This document shows, one piece after another, positions 40,338-50,300 of a stretch of 64,000 nt of DNA. A program made the position numbers and the translations under genes. The stretch lies in the IMG/VR virus record IMGVR_UViG_3300010885_025649, positions 124,001 to 188,000 of that record; one strand, 5' to 3'. How positions within the stretch are numbered: position 1 is the stretch's first letter; the number at the start of each line of letters is the position of its first letter. Under the pieces are notes generated by a model. That model had not been told where the DNA came from, searched no databases, and was given only the letters and a program-made list of their open reading frames with translations.

Positions 40338-40560
40338 TTGAACTCCTTAATAGTGGAGGACAAATAAAGAGTCGAGGCACAGAGGCTCCCAGTGTCAAGG
40401 GTATGAGCTAAAAAATCTAGACGAAAACACATATATGCCGGGGGGGTATAGCAAGTACATATATGGCCTATTCAGAAAATTTCTAATTTTTTGGTGGGAA
40501 GTCGGAATTTCCCGATTCGAATCTGATATGGTTAGAAAGTATACACCGGAGAGTTGCCTT

Positions 40561-41304
40561 ATGCCATTTTTAAATACCCTAATCGGATTCCTATCCGAGA
40601 ATACTAACGGTGGGGTTATTGTAGATGTAACTCAGAAAGATTCACCAATAATCTACGTGAACAAAGCTTTTGAAGAACTTACAGGATATAGCGCTACAGA
40701 AGTAATAGGAAAGAACTGCAGATTTTTACAAGGCGGCGACAAGAATCAAGTCGGCATTCTACAATTAGGATTAGCGATTAACCAAGGAATAGGCTGTAAA
40801 GTATTGCTCCGCAATTATAGAAAAGACGGCTTAATGTTTTGGAATGATTTAGCAATCACGCCAATCAAAGATGACGAAGGAAAGGTAAAATATTATATAG
40901 GAATTCAATCCGATATAAGTGCAAGATTAGAAGGAACAAGAAGTTCTCAGGATACTTTAATCAAGTTCACTAAACTGGACATGGAGTTATTACAGATCCA
41001 AAGAGACATAAGTAATCTATTAAAGATTGTACAGATTGGAAATGGTAACCCGAGTTTAATTCGTAGAGTGGACAAAGTGGAAACAAGATTAGATGACGTG
41101 CAAAAAGATATCTCTGAGTTAAAAGCTTTATATATAAGTGAAAGTGAATCTATCAGAGATACTTTAGGAACAATAGTAGAGAACACGCAGACTAATAAGG
41201 GCACAACCAGTGCAGCAATAATTACAGCAATAGCCACAACAATCATAGGATTACTAACTATTTTTGGTCCTCAATTAGTAACCTTATTACATTTAGTTAA
41301 GTAA
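40561..41304 (+). CDS. LOV (blue-light PAS) domain + coiled coil + C-terminal TM helix
   Basis: PIIYVNKAFEELTGYS.EVIGKNCRFLQG...NYRKDG..FWN...YYIGIQ with the photoactive Cys intact; GGAG RBS before ATG 40561. Confidence 0.92.
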   Translation: MPFLNTLIGFLSENTNGGVIVDVTQKDSPIIYVNKAFEELTGYSATEVIGKNCRFLQGGDKNQVGILQLGLAINQGIGCKVLLRNYRKDGLMFWNDLAITPIKDDEGKVKYYIGIQSDISARLEGTRSSQDTLIKFTKLDMELLQIQRDISNLLKIVQIGNGNPSLIRRVDKVETRLDDVQKDISELKALYISESESIRDTLGTIVENTQTNKGTTSAAIITAIATTIIGLLTIFGPQLVTLLHLVK

Positions 41305-41328
41305 CCTTAATACCCGATATTACTTTCC

Positions 41329-44300
41329 TCAAGTAGTCATTACAGACATATCATTCCCGGCCACATCTTGGAAGTGGTATTCATATTCCTGATTATTAAT
41401 AGAACTAAGATAAGAAGTCTGATTTAATTCAGAATCATCATATTCATCAATAGAATCAGTAATAGAGACCTCCGCGATATTAAGAACATCAGACTCTCCA
41501 GCAGAGTTAATAAGCTCAAGCCGATATCTTTCAGCTTGGGCTTGTTCATATTCATTCTCAATAGCTTGAGCAGTCAAGGAAGTAACAGGGGATTCTTCTC
41601 TAGTAGCTGTCCGGACAGCCATAGCCGCAGATAACCCCGCGGCAAGCGCACCAAACGCGGCAGTAATAAGTCCGGATCCCATATTAGCAAGACCACGAGA
41701 AGCAAGTTCTCCAACATTAGTACCTTCTTTCCCTATAAATTTAGCAATAGGTGTTGTAATAACATCAGATAGGATAGTACTACCAACAATATTTCCTGCA
41801 AGACCGAGGGCATAGCCCCCTAAGATTTCATGTCGGGTATCACTATCAGACATATCCCTCATAGATTTAACTGCAGAGGTAATATCCGAGGCCATCATAA
41901 AAGCGGATCTCATAGGAGCGAAAGTATTAGAAGACATAAGGCCATGACCAACAGATCTACCTAATTCAGCAGGATCAGTATTAGACTCTCTACCTAAAGC
42001 GCCACCAACAATAGAAGCACCGATAGTAGTAACTGCCAGCATACCATATCCAAGGAATCCCATAGGAGTATTATTAGACATAGCATTTTTAAAGTTTCTA
42101 ATAAGGCCACTAGGAGGATTAATATGTGCGCGCAGTTCATTAGATTGCGCTAATCTAGTAACCATTTCATTAGCTTCATAAGGATTCATTTGTTTAATAT
42201 TATTATGTAAAGCATTAGAGAGATCCACAAGATTTTGATTATGTTCATTAGAATCTGGTGCTGAAGTAGACTCATAAGCAGCTTGTGCAATAAACATCAT
42301 AGTTTCCTTAGCAGTTTGTCCAGAGATACCTAATCTAGAAGCATCACTAATAGCACGATCAATAATAAGTTTTCTACCTACAATTCGTTTAGCCGTTTCA
42401 TAATCAATTACTTTGCTTTGTGGTCCAGCACTAGTAGAATATTCATGAGTATAACTTGCAGTACTGGGGTCAGTACCAATCATACCCGTAGCTCTAATAT
42501 AAGAAACACCATTAACAATTTTACCAGAACCATTAACATAAATTTCCCCTGGGAAAGCTCTAGGACCATGGCTAGAATATTCAAGAATTTTATCAACAGC
42601 ATCACTAAAAGTCTTAGTCTTCATAGTCTCATCAATAGAGGCTCTAAAGCCAGACATAATTTCTTTAATATTTACATTATGTAATTTACCTCTACCAAGG
42701 ATATCAGTAATAGTAGTACCAGCACCTTCACGGCTAGCAAAGTTTACTGATTCCGTAATAAGGGCTTGACCAATATGTGCAGCGGCCAAAGCCAAATCAC
42801 CAATATCAGCTTTACTTTCAGTAGTTAAAGCTTTCTGAACCCCATACATCTTTTGAATATTAAGTAATCCTTTATGCATAAGTTCATTAACTTTATTACG
42901 GGCATCAGGAACAGAAAGGGGATCAAAGTCAATAGAACCCAATCCAGCTTCACCAAAAGGAGCAATAGTATTACTAGTATTAATACGACTAGCCATAAGT
43001 TCACGCTCATTTAAAGTAGAAGTAACAAACTTAAATAGATCATGATACTGGTGTGCTTGTAGAACTCTATTCATAGTATCTTGAAGATCCTTAGTATAAG
43101 TAACAGTACCAGTAGTATCAGTAGCAAAAGCTCTAAGAGCAGCAATATCAGAATTATTCATTGCCGATCTACCCAGACTATCTTCTGCAAGCGTAACCAA
43201 CCGGGTAATCTTCTCACTACTCCCTCCAGTAACTAATTCTTCATCTAAGGTTTGGAATAAGTTAGCCGCAATTCTACGAATAGTTTGCAGTTTAGTATGA
43301 GGAACTTCTTTAGCAAAGTCATGAGCAATTTCATCACTACTAAGAGATCCCACATGTGCTGCAAGAGCACCATAGCTTAAATTTGTAAGGATTTTATTAG
43401 AGATAGATTCTGTAAGTGGAGTACCGGCATTACCTTGGACAGCAGATATATAATCTGCAACAGGATTAAGAAGCCCAGTAGCTTGAACAGCTTGATCAAG
43501 AGCTGCAGGTTGCAACTTAGTTTTAGTAGGCTTGTCTTCATAAGCATTCTCATACAATTGATTTAATGCAGTATACATTTCGCTAGGAGATACTCCGGTA
43601 GCAGCATTAGGTTTAATACCTTCTCTTCCCAGCATTTGCATTTGATAAGCAATACGAGATACAGACTCAATCGTTCTAGCTTTAGCTTTACCCATACTAT
43701 CCGCTTGTAAAAACTCATGACTAAATATATGAGAAGTAGTATCATAAAGCATACCCATATACTTAGTAGCCACTTGAGCAGTTTGTTGAGTAGCAGCCGC
43801 GGCTATATTTTGAGGCATAATAACAGGGAACATTAGTTTAAGGTAACTATTAACAGTTCCTTCATTAGCAGAATACGCAGCCAAATGTTGGCTTAAGGTT
43901 GGATTACCTTGTATAGTATTAAGTTTATCTTCAACAGAAGCAGATTTAAAAGCTGCGGCGCCTGCCGCTCCAAGTTCTGTTGAGACAACAGTTTCAAACT
44001 CAGCACTATGAAAGTGATCAATAATTTTAGTAGTAGATTCATACTGTGCTCTACCAAACTTATTAAGAAGAATAGAGTCTTCAATTGTTTGGGCATTAAG
44101 TCCAGAAAGAACTCTTGATTGACGTTTGAAGGTAGCTAAGATATTAGTATCAGAGGTAACATTTGCTGTTACTTGTTCATGAAGACTAACAATACGTTTA
44201 TCCTCCATAATTCTTTCAGCAGTTTCTTCAGCAGATGTTGGGCCAAGTACACCATAAAGTGCATCATAAGTACTATGAACCGCATCAACTCCTGAAGTAC

Positions 44301-47300
44301 CATAAGGAATAACAGTAGTATTTACCGCTTGTCCAGCGCTACGTAATCTATTAGTAGAATCTGTTACAGCTTGACTAATATCTGTAGTAGTAGGTGTTCT
44401 ACCCAGGCGTCTACCAATAATAGCATCACGTTCAGCCATTGCTTGTGCGCTACTAGTAAGAGCTTGAATGGTAGCCATATCCCCGTCATAATCCCCTTGC
44501 TGGTAGCCCATAGCAAACTTAGACACGAATATACTATCAGAATTATTCGCGAATCCTAGCTGCACTCCGCGTCTTCCAGCAGCACGATTATTAAGAGTTC
44601 TCAGAGTAATAACCTTCAAAGCGGCGGGGGCAACACCCTGAGGTGCTCCTGCTCTTAGGAACATACTAAAGAATCTATCACTATATGCATCCACCTTAAG
44701 CATACTAAAAGTGTCATTAATAACACCTAATAGATTACGATCATAGCCTTGTTTAGTAGTAGGATCTAAGATACCATAAGATTCCGCATGATGACGAAGA
44801 CTATAGCCATTAAGTTTAATATCATCTAATATAGAACTGCCAGCAGTAGAACCAACCAAAGTACTCTTTAGAGTAGTTTCATCTAAAGTAAAGGGATTTG
44901 TAACAAAAAACTTAGGGTTAGTATAAGTATGAGCTTTAGTTAAAATATCAAACCCACTATCTAAGATTTCTTGATCTGCTCCCCCAGAGTAATAAGATTT
45001 ATTAGATTTAGCTTTAGTAACATAATCATTCACCACACGTAATGCAGGATTAAGTCCCAGAGCAATTTCTCCCAACTTAACCTGATTAGATTCCATAGTA
45101 ACACCAGAACCCCCGGCCGCTCTATGAATAGTGGTAGATAAGTATTGTTGATAAGTATCAGAATCAAGTAGGTTAGAAAGCGCTGTAATATAATTCCTCT
45201 TAGCCTCATTAAGAGATTTCAGGTAAGAATACTCTTCAATAGATAACCCGTAGTTAATAAGCTTTTTACCATTAGCATTACTAACATTCTGACTCATATA
45301 TTGAATCTTAGACATATTAGTATCAGGATCTATTTCCTTTAAGGAAGTCGGCATTTGGTTAAAGACTTTAGTAATCTCTTGTTGACTTAGAACAAGTCTA
45401 TTAATATATTGATCTGCATTATCTCTATTAGGATTTACATTAATAGATAATTGTTTAAGTTGTTCTGCTCCCAGTACAGGAATAAGTTCAAAGTCTAAGA
45501 TAGTAGATTCAATATTTCTATGTACTCTAACTGCATTAGGAATAGCGGCCCCTAATTCAAATGTAGGAATCAGGACAGTACCCTTCTGCCTTGCGGCAAG
45601 TACTTCCTGTCTATATTTATACATATCAGTTTCATTAATTCCACCTGCTGTTCTATCTGCCGCAGAGGTATTAACTAAGGTTTGTATTTTAGTATTTAAA
45701 TCTATTTTATTAGTACTAGATAATACATAACCAACAGCAGATTCTTTAGCTGATCTATACATAGAATCATACAAACTATGAATAGCCATAGCTTGATTTC
45801 TTGTCTCTTCATTTACGACCAAGTGAGTAAGATCTAATCCACCATGCCATTGAGTATCAAAGGCAGGAGCAAATTCAGTTAAGCCTTGACTAAAAGCGCC
45901 GACAAGGAACATTCTCCCAATAGCTTGTTGAGTTAATTGTCTTAAGAGACCTATCTGTGATTGTTCACCGACAAGATCAGCAAAGGGAGTATTAGCAGTA
46001 AAGCCAAGGTGATCTGAATCATTAGCATAGTGTTCATATAAAGAAGCGTACTGACTAAACATATTAGCAGAAGTCTTGCGGCCAAATCTGGTATCATCTG
46101 CTCTAAAGGTATCTTGAGATAAAGTAATCAGATTAAAGTTAGGAATAATCTGTTGTAATCTTTGTAGAGCTGTATTATCTTTTGGTTTAGCCCCGAGCAT
46201 TTGTCCTAATACAGAAGAGACTAAACCATCTAGTTCCTCATTAGCTGGGATTCTACTAGCTCTAACTTGTGTTTTAACCTGAGTATATAAAGAAACAGCT
46301 TCAATCAAGTAATAAGTAAAGTCTAATTTATGAGCTTGTGCTTGTTTTGCAGGAAGGATAAATCCAAACTTCTGACTTTGAGGACTCATTACTTCTGTAT
46401 AAGCCTCTTTAAACAACTGATTAATATATTGTGCAGGATCAGCATGTTGTATAAACTGATATAATTCATTATAGAAACCATGAGGAGACCCCGCAGTATA
46501 ATAACTTTGCATAGCTGCCTTGACTTCAGGAGGTGTTTTATTATAGAAATCAATTTGCTCCTTAGACATTTTATTAACTAAACTTTCAGTAAGCTTTTTA
46601 ACATCCTCAATAACTTCTTGAGTAAGTGTCTGCAAATGTTTAGTAGAACTATGTGTTTGAAGATTTCTTAATTCCATAATCTTCATGAAATCATCTTCAT
46701 TAGTAGCCATTAACGCGCCATATCTAAGTTTAAGGGCACCAGACATTTTAGGTTGTGTCCCATACTTAAACTGTTTAGGAGATACAAGTCTATTAATAAG
46801 AGGGCTAGCTGTTGCCAAAGATCCCTTAAGTTTTGTTCTAAAGTCAGCACCATCATTAACAAAGAGTTTATCTTCATCAAAGACATCATTATTCATCAAG
46901 ACATCTTGAACAGCATTACTAAGTCTAAGGAATCTTCTAGCCCCAATACCTCCATAAATACCATCTAAGGCATTTGCTTGCGTTTCGGCATAAGTTCTAT
47001 TCATACCTGCGGTAGGACCTTTAGTATCAAGCAATCTAGCAGTAGGATTAGTATAAAGTTTAGCTTTAAAAGTGACAGCAGTATTACCAGATTGTTCTGG
47101 ATCCACATTAATCATAACAAACTGCATTTTAGCGCCGGTTCTATTTTCAGCTAAGTTAGGAACTTCAACAGTAAAACCTGCCCCCATACCAACAGATTTC
47201 TGTAGATTAGTAACAGCAACTTTAAATTCATCTTCAGTATAAAAGTTACCCGCAGTAACTAAATCTCTTAGTTTAGTAACTAAGTTATTATGTGTGTTTT

Positions 47301-50300
47301 GATCTGCGGTTGTTTTATAGGGTTGGAATCTGATAGTAAGATCTACTAACCGCACTTGTGTAGTATCTAAAAGATCATAACCTATTTCAGGATTAAGTCC
47401 GGCCTCACCAGTCGTAAGTGCAACCACTTGCAGTGGTTCCCGAGGTCTTTCTATAGCAGCAAGCTGAGCTAATCTTAAAGCATCACTAGCTTCACCATAA
47501 CCCATATGATAAACGGGTTCAGGCAAACCTGTTTCTCTAAACTGATTAGTAGCAGGATTAAACTGCCCATATTGATAAGAGAATCTAGGCGAAGCCAAGT
47601 TCTTAGTTCTTTGTCCTAATTGCCCAATAGATTTATGTGCTGTAAGAACGGCAACCATAGGAATTCTAAAAGGAGTTCCCGCGGCAGTATTACCGGTAAC
47701 ATCATCAAGTTTGTCATAAGCCTGCATTCTAAAAGCAGCTTCCATAGTAAGAATAGAAGCAGCAGGATCTCCAATCTGAGTAATAGCTCCAAGCTTCTTA
47801 GCTTTATATCCTTTAGTTAATTGGCTTTGCATAGACAGAGAATACATAGTCTCTGAAGTACCATCAAGGTTATAAACAACTCCTTCAACTCCTGGAGAAT
47901 CCGGACTAACTGGAGCCACTTTAATAACTTGTTCATTAGTAGTAAATAGATCATCATACATAAAAGGTTGATACTTATTACTATCCCCAAGTTGAGAATA
48001 CCCCATAGTTTTAGTAGGGATAGGAACAGAAGCTTTAGTAAGCATTTTAAAGATAATACGCATCTCTTCGGTATTAAATCTACTCAGATCTTCGTTAGTT
48101 CCGGTAGATTTAATAATTCTATATTTCATCAAGCGCATTTTATCAACAGTATCAGTAAGAGTAAGATCAGGATTATCCAATGCTCTATCATAAGCGCGTA
48201 ATCTTTGTACCAATTGATATTCCGCGATCTGTCCTAAAGCAATAATAGCTTGAGCGGAATTAAGTTTAACAGTTTGATTAGCCCCAAAAGTTCTACCAGC
48301 AATAACACGTTCTTTATCTCCGGTATTAATAAGCATACTTGAGATTAAGGTGTCATATTTCTGCATATAGATATCACCTTTTTCAGTGAACCCAATATCA
48401 TAGTTAAATACATCTTCCCCTGCATATTTAAGTCTAATTCTAAGACCTGATTGCGGTATTCCTGGTAAATGTTCTTGCATAAAGAGTTTAGAATTTAATC
48501 CACCCTTTTGATTAAATTCCATAGTTTGTCTAATAAGCTCACTAGCTTTATTCCAAGAAGCTTTAGTACCAAATGCTTGTCTAGCCGCATTATTAAACTC
48601 CGCAGTACTACTATAAATAGGACTACGACCACTAAGGGTATCTTCTCTAAAGAGTCCAAGTTCTTGTAGTCCTGATTTAAGTTGCCCTAATAATTGTGGA
48701 TCATGTGAGTCTTTATTACCAATAAACAAACCAGTCTCAGTATTACTGCGCAAAGCTCTAGCACTAATATTAGCCGAGGTCATCAATCCATATTGGGCAT
48801 CACCATACTGATTAGTAACCAACATACTAGTTTGGTGTTGAAATCTTTGTGTAGACGAAAATCTAATCTTCCCGGCGGCAACAAGTCTATCAAATTCCCC
48901 GGGGTTAGTAGTATCAAAATATCGTCTAGCTTGTTCTAATCTAACATCCCCCCCAAGTTCTAATGGAGATCCCAGCATTAAAGTAAATCTATCTGTATTT
49001 AAAGCCTTAAGTATCTTAGTACTTATACCCGAAATAGTATTAGAAGATAGATCTAACTGATTAGTTAGTAAGTATCCTCTAGAAGTGCCCTCATCTAAGA
49101 CAGTTTGTAATAATTTATCCAGAGCAAGTTCATTAAGGTTACTACCCGTAGTACCAATAGGCCCTCTAGTATCTATAAGAGCAGTAGTTTGATATTTAGT
49201 AACTGCATCTATAGCATCAGTAACCAATAATTGTTGATACTGGGTACCAAGGCTAGCTCCAGTAAACACAGATTCCACCCCAGCGCTATATTGTCTAATC
49301 TGTTTACCAACCAAAGTACTATCATTAAGCAGATTAGAGCCATGTAAACCAACAAACATTTGGTTAAACTGTGATGGATTAGTATAAGGTTCAGACATTC
49401 TACCAGTAGCACTAGGAGTTAAGTTCTGTTTACCCAACCCAGCAAATGCTATAAGTTGCCCATCCCCATACACAGATATATTCTTTTGGTGTTCAATTCC
49501 GCCACTAGAACCACTACTAAGATCTTCATGGAAAACCCCAGAGGCACGAATCATATCATCAATAGCATTTACATTTCCACTAGTAAACGCATCCAGATAA
49601 GTTCTACCCCCAACAATAGATCTTAAAGCATCACTATTAAGAACAATAGAGCCACCCCTACCTTGTTGTAAGAATGCTAGATTAATATCTAGTTTACCCC
49701 CATATTCAGCATCAGCCAATTGTAATAAGTTCTTAGCCATAGCAAAGACTTCCAAGTTACCTGAGGTAATACTACTAGAAGGTGCTTGCACAGTTAAGTT
49801 AATAGTTAATTTATTAAGGCTATTCTTAACAGTACTTCTAGGATTAAGTAGATAATCTGTAGCTGCGATCAGCATTTGATTAATCTGCCCTTCTTGTTGG
49901 AAGAAGGAGCTAAAGATAGTCGCTTCACTAAAAGCAACAGGACCAATACCCGCAGCAGCAAACACATTAGCAAAGCTAGCTAAAGTAGGAGCACTAAGAA
50001 TACCAGTAGGAGTTTCAGTAACATTTAGTAGAGATCTAAACCCCAAAGGATCCTCATTAAACTTAATACCTTTACGAACACTAGCAATACCCACAGTATC
50101 AAGCAAGAAGTGATTAGCCATAACAACCTGCATAGCACTAGAAGCAATGGCACTCATATTCAAATAGAAGTCATCATTAGCAAGCCTATCTGAGTCAAGA
50201 GTATTAATAGCAACTCCAGACTTAGTATAGAAATTTCTAAGTTCAGAGCTATAACTTTCTACAGGTTTAAAGAATGGTTGTAATGCACGTTTAAGTCTTC

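Larger units (their letters stand above)
27299..40374 (-). promoter_or_regulatory. ~30 copies of a conserved intergenic box (CGACTCTTTATTTG / CGACTTCTTTTCT), usually as the 3' arm of a hairpin
   Basis: Seen on + strand as aaataaagagtcg/agaaaagaagtcg at ~30841, 31377, 31398, 31799, 32040, 32409, 32895, 32922, 33566, 33900, 33921, 34596, 35044, 35594, 35621, 36353, 36983, 37010, 37164, 37793, 38265, 38722, 39116, 39375, 39840, 39861, 40070, 40091, 40362, with variants at 27300 and 36380. Confidence 0.85.

Noticed and set aside
30841-40374. CRISPR array interpretation of the recurring intergenic repeats
   Set aside because: The 'spacers' are whole genes of 150-700 bp, the repeats vary internally, and no cas genes are present
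30841-40374. Classical integron attC array
   Set aside because: No RYYYAAC/GTTRRRY ends and no integrase in the window; boxes also occur without hairpins. Kept only as an alternative hypothesis
40435-40560. N-terminal extension of the LOV ORF from ATG 40435
   Set aside because: No RBS and it crosses the G-tract; ATG 40561 has GGAG and starts just before the LOV fold
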